Made by a program: the position numbers and the translations under genes. A stretch of 64,000 nucleotides of DNA from Candidatus Limnocylindrales bacterium. GTDB lineage: Bacteria > Chloroflexota > Limnocylindria > Limnocylindrales > CSP1-4. The stretch's first letter is position 1, and every line of letters begins with the position of its first letter. Below are positions 24,772 through 33,637 of the stretch, piece after piece. Under the pieces are notes generated by a model. That model was not told the origin of the DNA. It saw nothing but the letters and a program-made list of their open reading frames with translations, and did not search any database. The stretch spans positions 2,013 through 66,012 of the forward strand of contig DASYTK010000006.1 in NCBI GenBank assembly GCA_036002405.1, in the 5' to 3' direction.

Positions 24772-25422
24772 TTACGCCCCCCGCGGCCGGCGCATCGTAC
24801 CACCGAGACTTGCTGCGTCGTCTTCGGGAGGTCCGCCCAGCGGGATCCAGGCGAGCGTCTCGTAGCGCGGCGGACCGGTACCGAGATGACTGCGCAGTAG
24901 CTCGACCTCAGCGACACGCCAGCCGACCGAGACGTCCGTCAGCCGTTCGAGCGCGCGTGCTGCCAGCTTCCGGGTCCTGACGCGCGCGACCGTCAGGTGC
25001 GGTCGATGCGGCTCGCGCTCGGCGCCCCCGAGCTCGTCGGGACGAAGCGCGTGCTCGATCGCGGCGGCGAGCTCCGCGACGCGCGACGCGCCCTGCGCGA
25101 CGCCCAGCCAGACGACCGCCGGGCGCCCGCGACCACCGAACGTGCCGGGCCCCTCGAGGCGGAGCTCGAAGGGCGCTACGCCGGCAACGACGCGGCCCAG
25201 CTCGGCGACGATCGCGGGTACCTCGGTGGGTTGTGTATCGCCGAGGAAGACGAGCGTCAGGTGGAGGTTCGGGACCGGGACCCAGCGAGCTTCGGGGATT
25301 CCTGCCGCGAGCTCCCGCAGCCGAGGTATGAAGGCCGCGCGGGCAGGCTCGGGAAGCGGGAGGGCCACGAAGCAGCGCCAGGGCTGATCCGTGTGCGGCC
25401 GGTCCTCCCGGTCGGCGCTCAC
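24772..25422 (-). CDS. thpR: RNA 2',3'-cyclic phosphodiesterase (ThpR/LigT, 2H phosphoesterase)
   Basis: 216 aa. Two H-x-T/S-x motifs (NLHLTLVFLG and RPHLTVARV) with the spacing typical of the 2H family. Confidence 0.8.
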   Translation of the reverse strand: MSADREDRPHTDQPWRCFVALPLPEPARAAFIPRLRELAAGIPEARWVPVPNLHLTLVFLGDTQPTEVPAIVAELGRVVAGVAPFELRLEGPGTFGGRGRPAVVWLGVAQGASRVAELAAAIEHALRPDELGGAEREPHRPHLTVARVRTRKLAARALERLTDVSVGWRVAEVELLRSHLGTGPPRYETLAWIPLGGPPEDDAASLGGTMRRPRGA

Positions 25423-25436
25423 CCGGCTCAGGGCCG

Positions 25437-26192
25437 TCAGCCGGCCGGGGCGGGCGCCGGGACCCGGAGGAGATCGAGCAGACCGAAGAGGTCCCGGACG
25501 ACGGGCACCGCGTCACCCCCAGGCGCATCGCTCCGCACCCGGGCCGGATCGTTGGCGGTCCGCCTGATGAGGACCGCGGCGATCCCCGCCGCGCGGGCGC
25601 CCTCGACGTCCGCCTCGTACGAATCGCCGACGTGAACCGCGGACTCGGCCCGGACCCCGGTCTCGGCGAGAGCCCGCTCGAAGATCCGCCGATGGGGCTT
25701 CTGGTAGCCGACCCGAGCGCTGATGATCAGCCGCTCGAAGCGACGCGCGAGCTCGAGGGTATGGAGCAGCTCGGGCGCCTCCCACACCCAGTTGCTGATC
25801 ACGGCGCGCCGGATCCCGGCGCCGGCCAGGGCGTCGAGCGCCGGCACGACGTCGGGGAAGACGTGCCACGAGGCGGCGCGCCCGAACGCTGCCCCGACCT
25901 CGCGATAGAACCGATCGGGCAGGTCGCCGATGCCAAGGCTGGCCATCACCGCCTCGTCGAAGTCCCGGATGATCCGGTAGGACGCCTCCGCGCTTGCCTC
26001 GAACCGGCCGGGCAACCTCCACGCGCCCGCCCGGGTCGCCGCGACCATCGCTCGCTCCAGGGCATCCAGCTCGACGGGCAGGCCGAAGGCCCGGCAGACA
26101 GCCAGGTAGATGTGGGCCCAGGAAGGCTCCGGCCGGATGAGCGTGTCACCGAGATCGAAGAAGACGATCTCGGGACGGGCGAGGCCCGTCAT
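25437..26192 (-). CDS. HAD-superfamily hydrolase (subfamily IA-like)
   Basis: 251 aa. Motif I VFFDLGDTL, SNW motif, late HVGDSYEADVEGA motif. ATGA overlap with the ppa stop. Confidence 0.75.
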   Translation of the reverse strand: MTGLARPEIVFFDLGDTLIRPEPSWAHIYLAVCRAFGLPVELDALERAMVAATRAGAWRLPGRFEASAEASYRIIRDFDEAVMASLGIGDLPDRFYREVGAAFGRAASWHVFPDVVPALDALAGAGIRRAVISNWVWEAPELLHTLELARRFERLIISARVGYQKPHRRIFERALAETGVRAESAVHVGDSYEADVEGARAAGIAAVLIRRTANDPARVRSDAPGGDAVPVVRDLFGLLDLLRVPAPAPAG

Positions 26193-26719
26193 GATCCCGA
26201 CTGCGACTGCTCGCCGGCCCAGCGCTGGCGGTCGTCGGCGAGGATCGCGAGGGCCGCGTCCCGATCGCGCCAGCCGTAGACCTCGACCTCCTTGTCCTCG
26301 AGCACCTTGTAGGTCTCGAAGAAATGCTCGATCTCACGAAGCCTGTGCGGCGTGACCTGGTCGAGCGTCTCGATGTGCTGGTAGAGGGGATCCGCGAGCG
26401 CGATGCAGAGGACCTTGAAGTCATGGCCCTTCTCGTCGCGCATCTCGAGCCCGCCCACGGGACGCGCCCAGACGCGGCAGCCGGTGAAGGTCGGCTCGTC
26501 GATCAGGAGCATCGCGTCCGTGTGATCGCCGTCGTCGGCGCGCGTTCCTTCGACGTAGCCGTAGTCGAAGTTGTAGAAGACGGCGCTCGACAGGACGCGG
26601 TCGAGTCGGTAGACGCCAGCCCCCTCGTCGTACTCGATCTTGTTCCGGCTGCCGCTTGGGATCTCGACGACGATCTCGATGACGGCCGGGAACTCCCCGG
26701 CCAGACGGGCACCGCTCAC
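26189..26719 (-). CDS. ppa: Inorganic pyrophosphatase (family I)
   Basis: 176 aa. Motifs: VVEIPSGSRNKIEYD, YNFDYGYV, DGDHTDAMLL. Confidence 0.9.
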   Translation of the reverse strand: MSGARLAGEFPAVIEIVVEIPSGSRNKIEYDEGAGVYRLDRVLSSAVFYNFDYGYVEGTRADDGDHTDAMLLIDEPTFTGCRVWARPVGGLEMRDEKGHDFKVLCIALADPLYQHIETLDQVTPHRLREIEHFFETYKVLEDKEVEVYGWRDRDAALAILADDRQRWAGEQSQSGS

Positions 26720-26796
26720 GGGCGGAGTCTACCGGCGCGATGGACCGCGGGGCTGGAGCCCGCGGACGGCCCAGGGCCGCCTGGGCCGCCCCTTGT

Positions 26797-27933
26797 CTAC
26801 TCGGTGTAGATGCGCTCCTCGATCAGCTTCTCGCTGACGGTCCGGCCGTTCGGGTCGAAGCAGCTGAACTCGAAGTGCTTCTCGTACTCGAGATCCACGT
26901 TGTCCTGCCCGCCGCGGTTCTTCTCCACGGTGGCGATGATCCAGTCGCGGAAACGCTGCGCCTGGTACGGGTTGAACTCGATGTTGACCTTCGCGACGAT
27001 GTGGTACTTCTCGTTCAGGATCAGGATGATGTCGGCCTCGTAGTTGATGGCCGACGATCCGCGGAGGTGGTGGTTCCGGAGGCGCTTCGCCTTCAGCCCT
27101 TCCTTGTCGGCGGCGACGATGCTGATCATCGGCACCTCGTACTGGAGGGCAATGTCCTTGAGGCCGTTGACGACGAAGGTGACCTTCTCGGCCTCCGTGT
27201 CCGGCTCCGGGTGCATGGGCACCTTCTGCATGTAGTCGACGAACACGACGAGCCGCCGTTCCTCGGACAGGTGCTGGTGCAGCTGGACGAGCTCGCGGAT
27301 GTTGTCGATCGTGCAGGCCGTCTGCGTGCCTCGCATCAGGAAGAGGTTCTGCCCGTAGCGGGCGATCCGGTCGAGCGACGGCCGGAGACGTGCGTTGCCG
27401 GCCAGCTGTGGGCCGCCGGTCCCCTCGGAGACCCAGCTGCCCAGGATCTCCTTGCGGACGTCCTGGATCTTCACGGCCCCCGTCTTGTGGGGCAGATGAG
27501 CGAGGGCCGACTCGAGCGCGATCAGCCGGTTGAGGAGGTATTCCTCGTCGTGCTCGAAGCAGAGGTAGAGGACGTTGGCCTGACCGGCCGAAGCGATGTT
27601 GCGCGCCATCTGGAGCGCCATCGTCGTCTTGCCCGTGCCCTGGGCGCCGCCGATGAGCAGCAGCTCACCCGCACGCAATCCACCACCGATCGTCTTGTCC
27701 AGGGGGGTGAAGCCGAGCGGAACGGGCTGGTACTGGTTGACCTTGCCGGTGCTGACCCGCTCGTTCAGGTCGAGGATGACGTCGAGGGTGGAACGGGGCG
27801 CCATGCTCCCGTTCGGAGTCTCGAGGTACCAGGGCGCGGCCGCGGGCACATCGGCCCCGGCCTGCTGGTCGAGCGGCGATTCGACGGTGTCGTGCGCGAG
27901 CGCCTGCGGCGCCGCTTCCGACTGGATGCTCAC
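26797..27933 (-). CDS. DnaB-C-terminal-domain-like RecA-fold ATPase (no DnaB N-terminal domain)
   Basis: ORF 26797..28044. I prefer GTG 27933..27931, preceded by GGAGGG at about 7 nt. Walker A GGAQGTGKTTMALQMA, Walker B VVFVDYMQKV, RGSSAINYEADIILIL, VEKNRGG. Composition is visibly less GC-rich than the flanks (about 60-63% in two 60-nt samples I counted). Confidence 0.7.
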   Translation of the reverse strand: MSIQSEAAPQALAHDTVESPLDQQAGADVPAAAPWYLETPNGSMAPRSTLDVILDLNERVSTGKVNQYQPVPLGFTPLDKTIGGGLRAGELLLIGGAQGTGKTTMALQMARNIASAGQANVLYLCFEHDEEYLLNRLIALESALAHLPHKTGAVKIQDVRKEILGSWVSEGTGGPQLAGNARLRPSLDRIARYGQNLFLMRGTQTACTIDNIRELVQLHQHLSEERRLVVFVDYMQKVPMHPEPDTEAEKVTFVVNGLKDIALQYEVPMISIVAADKEGLKAKRLRNHHLRGSSAINYEADIILILNEKYHIVAKVNIEFNPYQAQRFRDWIIATVEKNRGGQDNVDLEYEKHFEFSCFDPNGRTVSEKLIEERIYTE

Positions 27934-28058
27934 GCGGGATCCCTCCACGCCGGGCTGTGACAGAGCGCACCCTAGCGACCCCCGCCTCTCCCGGCGACAG
28001 TCCGCTCGTCCCATGGGCGGCAGGCCATTCGTGCTATCTGGCACCGGGCCAGGCCGAG

Positions 28059-29462
28059 CTAGTGGCCGAGGTCGATCCTCGAGAGCTCGTCCCAGTAGCG
28101 GATGACGGTCCGGATCCCGCCCTCGTAGTTCTCGAGCCGCAGGAACTCGTTCGGGGCGTGAGCCTGGTCGTCCTGGTGCGAGAAGCCGAGGAGTACGACG
28201 GGCAGGCCAAGGCTCTCCTCGAACATCGCCGCCACGGGGATCGAGCCGCCCTCACGGATGTAGAGCGGCTCCCTGCCGAAAACCTCCCCGAGGCAGTGTG
28301 CCGCCGCCCGCATCGCCGGGTGGTCGATCGGGATCAGGCTGGGACGGCCGCCGGACAGGTTGCTCACCTCGACCCGGACACCGGACGGCGCGAGGCGCAG
28401 GATGTGCTCCCGGACGATCTCGAAGATCCGCTCCGGGTCCTGCCGCGGGACGAGCCGGCAACTCACCTTGGCGTGCGCATGGGCGGGGATGATCGTCTTC
28501 TGGCCCTCGCCCTCGAAACCGCCCCAGATCCCGTTGACGTCGAGCGTCGGTCGGGCGCCGCGCCGCTCGGTGGTCGTGTAGCCCGCTTCCCCGAACAACG
28601 CGGGCACTCCCATCGACGTGCGCCACTCCTCCTCATCGAAGGGGAGGCGCGCCGATTCCTCTCGCTCCTGGTCGCTCAGCGGCACGACGTCGTCGTAGAA
28701 GCCGGGGACGGTGACCCGTCCCTCGTCGTCGTGGAGCGCCGCGATCATGCGGGCGAGCGCATTGGCGGGGTTGCGGACGGCGCCGCCGTAGGTACCCGAA
28801 TGGAGGTCGATGTTCGGGCCGGAGACGTCGACCTGGCAGTACATGATCCCCCGCAGCCCGATCGTGATCGCCGGCAGGTTGCCCTCGAAGAAGCCGGTGT
28901 CGCTGATGACCGCGAGATCGGCACGGAGCCGCTCGCCGTTCGCCCTGAGCCAGGCCTCGAGGTTCTCGGAGGCCGATTCCTCTTCGCCCTCGAAGATGAA
29001 CTTCAGGTTGATCGGGAGGCGGCCACGCGTCTTCAGCCAGGCCTCGGCCGCTTCGAGGTGGAGGTGGACCTGGCCCTTGTCGTCGGCGGCGCCGCGAGCG
29101 AAGACGCGGTCGTCTTCCACCCGAGGGTCGAAGGGCGGCTTCACCCACAGGTCGAGCGGGTCGACCGGCTGGACGTCGTAATGTCCATACGCGACGACGG
29201 CGGGTGCGCCCACGGCGTGGAGCCAGTCGGCATAGACGATGGGATGTCCGCCCGTGGGAGAGAGTTCGACATGCTCCATGCCCATCCGTCGCAGCCGCTC
29301 GGCGACGAACTCCGCCGCGCGGCGGGTATCCGCGTCGTGCTGCGAGAGCGTCCCCACGCTGGGGATCCTGAGGAACTCGAGGAAATCCTGGAGCCGCTCC
29401 CCTTCGGTCTGCTCGAGGTACTCCTCGAGGTCCGCGTAGGCCGGCGCGGCCGCCTGGGTCAC
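28059..29462 (-). CDS. M20-family metallopeptidase (dipeptidase-like)
   Basis: ORF 28059..30629 trimmed to GTG 29462..29460 (GTGA overlap with the ftsH stop). Motifs: VVAYGHYDVQP, ARGAADDKGQ, FIFEGEEESAS, LHSGTYGG. Confidence 0.85.
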   Translation of the reverse strand: MTQAAAPAYADLEEYLEQTEGERLQDFLEFLRIPSVGTLSQHDADTRRAAEFVAERLRRMGMEHVELSPTGGHPIVYADWLHAVGAPAVVAYGHYDVQPVDPLDLWVKPPFDPRVEDDRVFARGAADDKGQVHLHLEAAEAWLKTRGRLPINLKFIFEGEEESASENLEAWLRANGERLRADLAVISDTGFFEGNLPAITIGLRGIMYCQVDVSGPNIDLHSGTYGGAVRNPANALARMIAALHDDEGRVTVPGFYDDVVPLSDQEREESARLPFDEEEWRTSMGVPALFGEAGYTTTERRGARPTLDVNGIWGGFEGEGQKTIIPAHAHAKVSCRLVPRQDPERIFEIVREHILRLAPSGVRVEVSNLSGGRPSLIPIDHPAMRAAAHCLGEVFGREPLYIREGGSIPVAAMFEESLGLPVVLLGFSHQDDQAHAPNEFLRLENYEGGIRTVIRYWDELSRIDLGH

Positions 29463-31444
29463 GCTGGCTGGGGCGAGGGCTTCGGTGCCCGGGGGGTTTC
29501 GGGCTGCGGGACCGGGGTCGGGCCGAGCGTTCCCTCCAGCGGGACGGGCGTCATGCCCCTCTCTCCCTTCCGCGGGTCGGGCAGGTCGGAGAAGAGTTGC
29601 TCGAACTCCTCCTGCTCCAGCGTCTCCTCGGCCACGAGCCGGTCGGCCAGGCCCACGAGCCGCTCCTTGTATTGGACGAGGACCTCCATGGCCCTGGCGT
29701 AGGCCCGGTCGACGATCGCCCGGACCTCCTCGTCGATCTGCTTCGCGACGTCGTCCGAGTAGTTCCGCTGCTCGCCGATCTCGCGGCCGAGGAAGACGAG
29801 CTCGTCGCGCTTGCCGAACGCGAGGGGCCCGAGCTTCTCGCTCATCCCGAACTCGGTGACCATCCGGCGTGCGAGGGTGGTGGCTTTCTCGATGTCGTTC
29901 GAGGAGCCGGTCGTCGTGTCCCCGAAGATCAGCTTCTCGGAGGCGTTCCCGGCAAGCATCCCGGCGATCTTGTCCTCGAACTCGCTCTTGCTCTGGAGAT
30001 AGCGGTCTTCCGTCGGCAGGCCCATCGTGTAGCCGAGGGCCATGCCGCGGCTGATGATGCTGACCTTCGAGACGGGATCGCACTTGGGCAGGATCCGCTG
30101 GACGACGGCGTGGCCCCCCTCGTGGAAGGCGATGATCTGCTTCTCGGCGTCGCTGATGATCCGGCTCTTCCGCTCGGGTCCGGCGACGACCCGTTCGAGC
30201 GCCTCCCCGAATTCCGAAGTGCCGATCACCTTCTTGTTCCGCCGCGCGGCAAGGATCGCGGCCTCGTTCACGAGGTTCGCCAGGTCGGCCCCCGAGAACC
30301 CCGGCGATTGGCGGGCGATCGTCTGGAGCTCGACCTGCTTGTCGAGGGGCTTGCCCTTGACGTGGACGTGGAGGATCTCCAGGCGGCCGCGCATGTCCGG
30401 CCGATCGAGGATGACCTGGCGGTCGAAACGGCCGGGCCGGAGGAGCGCCGGATCCAGGACGTCGGGCCGGTTCGTGGCCGCGATCACGATGACGTTCGTG
30501 TTCGTGTCGAACCCGTCCATCTCGACGAGGATCTGGTTCAGGGTCTGCTCGCGCTCGTCGTGCGAGCCACCCAGGCCCGCCCCCCGCTGGCGCCCGACGG
30601 CATCGATCTCGTCGACGAAGACGATGCATGGGCTGTTGCGCTTCGCCTGGTCGAAGAGGTCACGGACGCGGCTCGCCCCGACCCCCACGAACATCTCCAC
30701 GAACTCCGAGCCGGAGATGCTGAAGAAGGGCACGCCGGCCTCGCCGGCCACGGCCCGGGCGAGAAGCGTCTTGCCCGTTCCGGGCGGTCCCACGAGGAGA
30801 ACGCCACGCGGGATGCGTGCCCCGAGGGAGTTGAACTTCTCTGGGTACTTCAGGAACTCGACGACTTCCTGGAGCTCCGTCTTCGCCTCGTCGACGCCGG
30901 CCACGTCGGCAAAGGTGACGACGGTCTTGTTGCCCAGGAACATCCGGGCCCGGCTCTTGCCGAAGCTCATCGCCTGGTTGTTCGTCCCCTGGGCCTGGCG
31001 GAGCATGAAGAAGAAGAGGGCACCGATCAGGAGGACGGGCATGATCGCGGTCAGGAGGAGGCCCAGCCACTGGCCGGTCTCGGGCGGGTCGGTCGGGGTG
31101 ATCCGGATCGAGTCGGGGGTGCACTTGGCGCCCGCCTGTGAGCAGACCTGGTTGATCTCGTCTCGGATGTTCGTCGCGAACTGGCTGGGGACCTGGCTCG
31201 TGACGATCTTCGGCTGGCGCGTCGTGGGATCGGTCTCGTTGAGGGTGATGATGAGCTTCGCGCCCTGCTGCTCGACCTGGGTGACCTTGCCCGCCCGGAC
31301 GTAGCCCAGGAACGACCCCTCCCCGCCCGAGTACGGGATCGGCTTCTCGGCGCTGCCCGGGAACAGGAACATGTAGAGCAGCGCCGCGGTCCCCACCACG
31401 AGGACCAGGGTGACGATGCCGTTGCGAAGGAAGCGGCTATTCAA
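29459..31444 (-). CDS. ftsH: ATP-dependent zinc metalloprotease FtsH
   Basis: 661 aa, TTG start with AGGAGG about 9 nt upstream. Walker A GPPGTGKT, Walker [12 protein letters not shown] region, Zn site HEGGHA. Confidence 0.95.
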   Translation of the reverse strand: MNSRFLRNGIVTLVLVVGTAALLYMFLFPGSAEKPIPYSGGEGSFLGYVRAGKVTQVEQQGAKLIITLNETDPTTRQPKIVTSQVPSQFATNIRDEINQVCSQAGAKCTPDSIRITPTDPPETGQWLGLLLTAIMPVLLIGALFFFMLRQAQGTNNQAMSFGKSRARMFLGNKTVVTFADVAGVDEAKTELQEVVEFLKYPEKFNSLGARIPRGVLLVGPPGTGKTLLARAVAGEAGVPFFSISGSEFVEMFVGVGASRVRDLFDQAKRNSPCIVFVDEIDAVGRQRGAGLGGSHDEREQTLNQILVEMDGFDTNTNVIVIAATNRPDVLDPALLRPGRFDRQVILDRPDMRGRLEILHVHVKGKPLDKQVELQTIARQSPGFSGADLANLVNEAAILAARRNKKVIGTSEFGEALERVVAGPERKSRIISDAEKQIIAFHEGGHAVVQRILPKCDPVSKVSIISRGMALGYTMGLPTEDRYLQSKSEFEDKIAGMLAGNASEKLIFGDTTTGSSNDIEKATTLARRMVTEFGMSEKLGPLAFGKRDELVFLGREIGEQRNYSDDVAKQIDEEVRAIVDRAYARAMEVLVQYKERLVGLADRLVAEETLEQEEFEQLFSDLPDPRKGERGMTPVPLEGTLGPTPVPQPETPRAPKPSPQPA

Positions 31445-31472
31445 AGGAGACGACCCTCCTGGGTCCGGGCCT

Positions 31473-31509
31473 CGACCCGCTCTGGATGGGGCGGGTCGCG
31501 CCGATTATA
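31473..31509 (-). promoter_or_regulatory. Candidate ftsH promoter -10 (TATAAT) followed by a 5'-proximal GC stem-loop
   Basis: Plus-strand attata at 31504..31509 is a perfect TATAAT on the minus strand, which is rare in this GC-rich DNA. An 8-bp perfect stem cgacccgc/gcgggtcg (31473..31480 / 31491..31498, 10-nt loop) lies just downstream of the predicted TSS and about 29 nt before the TTG start. No good -35 seen. Confidence 0.4.
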
Positions 31510-31652
31510 GGCGGCTCCCTCCACAAGCCTGTACGAGCCGGCCCCGCGCGTGGATGGGTCGATCGGGCTAGCCGCCCCGGCCGATCGGCCAGATCGCCAG
31601 CCCATCCGGAGCGTCGGATCGGCCAGTGCAGGCCAGCCCGGGATTCGAGCGG

Positions 31653-31850
31653 CTCGCCGATGGCGTGCGACTTACGTGCCGATTCGGCGGCTCCCGCAGG
31701 CGCGGAAAGCGCTCCACGCCGCGAACGAGCTCGTCAGGAGCGCTTGGGGACCGGCAGCTGCGCCGGCCAGTGACTTACGTCGCACCTCATCGGCAGGCCG
31801 CACAGAATCGGCCGTGTCCGGCGCTTACGTCGCACCTCATCGGCAGGCCG
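31653..31850 (+). repeat. Copy B of the ~196-nt intergenic element
   Basis: Left end ctcgccgatggcgtgcgac at 31653..31671. Perfect 27-nt direct repeat cttacgtcgcacctcatcggcaggccg at 31774..31800 and 31824..31850 (50-nt offset). Lies 62 nt downstream of the tRNA 3' end. Confidence 0.8.
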
Positions 31851-31911
31851 GTCCAATGGGCTCGGCGAGCGCCTGCGACCTCCGCCGATCCGGGGAGTGA
31901 AGGGAAGGAAT

Positions 31912-31986
31912 TGGTAGCGGAGGCAGGAATCGAACCTGCGACCAAGGGCTTATGAGTCCCCTGCTCTACCGCTGAGCTACTCCGCC
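31912..31986 (-). tRNA. tRNA with CAU anticodon (Met elongator or lysidine-type Ile2); CCA encoded
   Basis: Reverse complement: GGCGGAGTAGCTCAGCGGTAGAGCAGGGGACTCATAAGCCCTTGGTCGCAGGTTCGATTCCTGCCTCCGCTACCA. Folds as a cloverleaf: 7-bp acceptor stem with G1-U72, GCTC/GAGC D stem, CTCATAA anticodon loop, GCAGG/CCTGC T stem with a TTCGATT loop. Not initiator-like (no C1xA72 mismatch). Met versus Ile2 cannot be decided by eye. Confidence 0.9.
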
Positions 31987-32171
31987 ACGCGCTCGGGCCG
32001 CTTGCAGGCTCAACTCTACACGGATTGTCCGGATCCTCCGCCCGGCCAGGGCCGATCATCACCTGGCGCTTCGTTGCGCCGCGGCACCCGCCAGGTCAAC
32101 GGGTTGTGGGCAGGCCCGACGCGGACTAGACTCGACGGCCTGGCCGCAGGGATATCGGGGAGGGATGCGCC

Positions 32172-33194
32172 ATGCGCTCGACCGCCAGTTTCCGCCGGAC
32201 GTACCCACTGATCGCGATAACGGCAGCGTCAGTGGCAGCCCTCGTGGTGGCGCTGCTGGGTCCAGCGTCCGCCGAGGCCACCTTTCCCGGGAAGAACGGC
32301 AAGATCGCCTTCTCGTTTCTCGCCGGCCCGACAAACTTCGGCTCGGACGATTTCGAGATCTACACGATCATCCCCGGCGAAGACCCCGTGGCTCTGCCCC
32401 ATCAGAATCCGCGCAAGGACAACTGGCCCGACTGGTCGCCGGACGGCAGCAAGATCGTGTGGTGGCACCAGGCGCCCGCCGGCAACATCGATGTCTGGGT
32501 GATGAACGCGGACGGATCGGGCCAGACCAACCTCACCACCGAGAACACCGGCGGCGATCTCAATGCGGCCTGGTCGCCCGACGGGACGGAGATCGTCCTC
32601 GACAGCAACTACCAGACGGACACGGGCTTTAGCGAGATCCAGGTGATGAGCGCCAGTGGAACGTTCCTCCGCCAGCTCACGCACAACGGACCCGAATTCG
32701 ACAACTTCGGCCAGTTCTCGCCCGACGGGACGAGGATCGCGTGGACGCACGGCTCCGCCACCGGCGAGAACTCTGCGATCTACACGATGGACGCCGACGA
32801 CGGCGGAAACCTCGTGAAGGTCACCCCAGACTCGCTCCTGGCGTTCCTCCCGGACTGGTCACCCGACGGCAAGCAGATCCTCTTCGTGGACTCCTCCTGC
32901 GATGCGTGCCCGCCGGCCCAGGACATCTGGGTCATCGACGCCGACGGCGGAAACCTGACGCGCCTCACGGACACCCCGACCGAGATCGAGTTCAGGCCCG
33001 GCTGGTCGCCCGATGGCAGGAAGATCACGTTCTCCAGCATCCCGCTCACGGAAGAGCATCCCGATGCAGACCTGCCGGCAGATATCTACGTCATGCACGC
33101 GAATGGCAGGGGGAGAACGAACATCACAAATACGCCGACCTACAACGAGAGGGCATCCGACTGGGGACCTAGGGTGCAGGGCGCGGATGACTGA
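32172..33194 (+). CDS. Secreted TolB-like beta-propeller protein (PD40/WD40-like repeats)
   Basis: 340 aa. Signal peptide LIAITAASVAALVVALLGPASAEA. Repeated W/FSPDG motifs: DWSPDGSKIVW, AWSPDGTEIV, FSPDGTRIAW, DWSPDGKQILF, GWSPDGRKITF. GGGGAGGG lies upstream of the ATG. Confidence 0.75.
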   Translation: MRSTASFRRTYPLIAITAASVAALVVALLGPASAEATFPGKNGKIAFSFLAGPTNFGSDDFEIYTIIPGEDPVALPHQNPRKDNWPDWSPDGSKIVWWHQAPAGNIDVWVMNADGSGQTNLTTENTGGDLNAAWSPDGTEIVLDSNYQTDTGFSEIQVMSASGTFLRQLTHNGPEFDNFGQFSPDGTRIAWTHGSATGENSAIYTMDADDGGNLVKVTPDSLLAFLPDWSPDGKQILFVDSSCDACPPAQDIWVIDADGGNLTRLTDTPTEIEFRPGWSPDGRKITFSSIPLTEEHPDADLPADIYVMHANGRGRTNITNTPTYNERASDWGPRVQGADD

Positions 33195-33281
33195 ACAGGA
33201 CTCGACTACTCGCTGTCGGCCGGGCGGTGCGATGCCGCCACCCTTGGCCAGTTGGCCTGGCAGGGTGGAAGGGAGCCGATC

Positions 33282-33584
33282 ATGGTGACCGTTGGTTTGC
33301 TCGTGCGCCTCGAGGCCAAGCCCGGCAGGGAGACGGACGTCGAGCAGTTCCTCGAAGGCGGGCTGGCACTCGTCAACCAGGAGCCCGACACGACCGCCTG
33401 GTTCGCGATCAAGATGGGGCCGTCCACCTACGGCATCTTCGACGTCTTTCCGACCGATGCAGGACGGCAGGCTCACCTCCAGGGTCGTGTCGCCGAGGCG
33501 CTGATGGCTCAGGCGGCCGACCTGTTCCGCGAGGCCCCGGACATCGGCCCAGTGGACGTGTTGGCAGCGAAACTCCCGGCCTGA
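33282..33584 (+). CDS. ABM-domain (antibiotic biosynthesis monooxygenase-like) small protein
   Basis: ORF 33252..33584. I prefer ATG 33282, preceded by GGAAGGGAG. About 100 aa with a ferredoxin-like pattern: VGLLVRLEAKPGRETDVEQFLEGGLALVNQEPDTTAWFA. Confidence 0.6.
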   Translation: MVTVGLLVRLEAKPGRETDVEQFLEGGLALVNQEPDTTAWFAIKMGPSTYGIFDVFPTDAGRQAHLQGRVAEALMAQAADLFREAPDIGPVDVLAAKLPA

Positions 33585-33637
33585 GCGGCTCAGCTGACCG
33601 GCTGAGGTCCTCGTCGTGGTCGCCCCCCGCGCGTCGG

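Noticed and set aside
23863-24900. 345-aa Gly-rich plus-strand ORF opposite the Pro/Thr-rich gene. Other ORFs overlap at 23474..24598, 23708..24367 and 23739..24407.
   Set aside because: It is a mirror image of Pro codons (CCN/NGG). Only the minus-strand frame at 23730..24686 gives a coherent topology (N-terminal anchor, linker, C-terminal TM plus Arg tail). Even so, I gave the locus only moderate confidence.
31774-31850. Possible CRISPR array (27-nt perfect repeats with 23-nt spacing).
   Set aside because: There are only two repeat units, no third unit, no leader and no cas genes. The same motif occurs inverted about 120 nt away and at two other loci with identical architecture, so it is part of the dispersed element and not a CRISPR.
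31861-31911. Partial tRNA 3'-end duplication (att-like site): cctgcgacc occurs at 31872..31880 and inside the tRNA at 31934..31942.
   Set aside because: Only 9 identical nucleotides in GC-rich DNA, no extension of the match on either side, and no integrase nearby.
32172-33194. Lower-GC stretch (TolB-like gene, also ftsH and the SPFH gene) as evidence of horizontal transfer.
   Set aside because: The lower GC tracks amino-acid composition (Lys/Asn/Ile/Phe/Tyr-rich conserved proteins), there are no mobility genes, and boundaries coincide with gene ends. I cannot compute codon-adaptation statistics here, so no island is claimed.
33581-33606. Bidirectional terminator hairpin (ctcagc-tgaccg-gctgag) between the convergent ABM and GYD genes.
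   Set aside because: Only a 6-bp stem, no U/A tract on either side, and a competing overlapping pairing. It is too weak to list as a feature.
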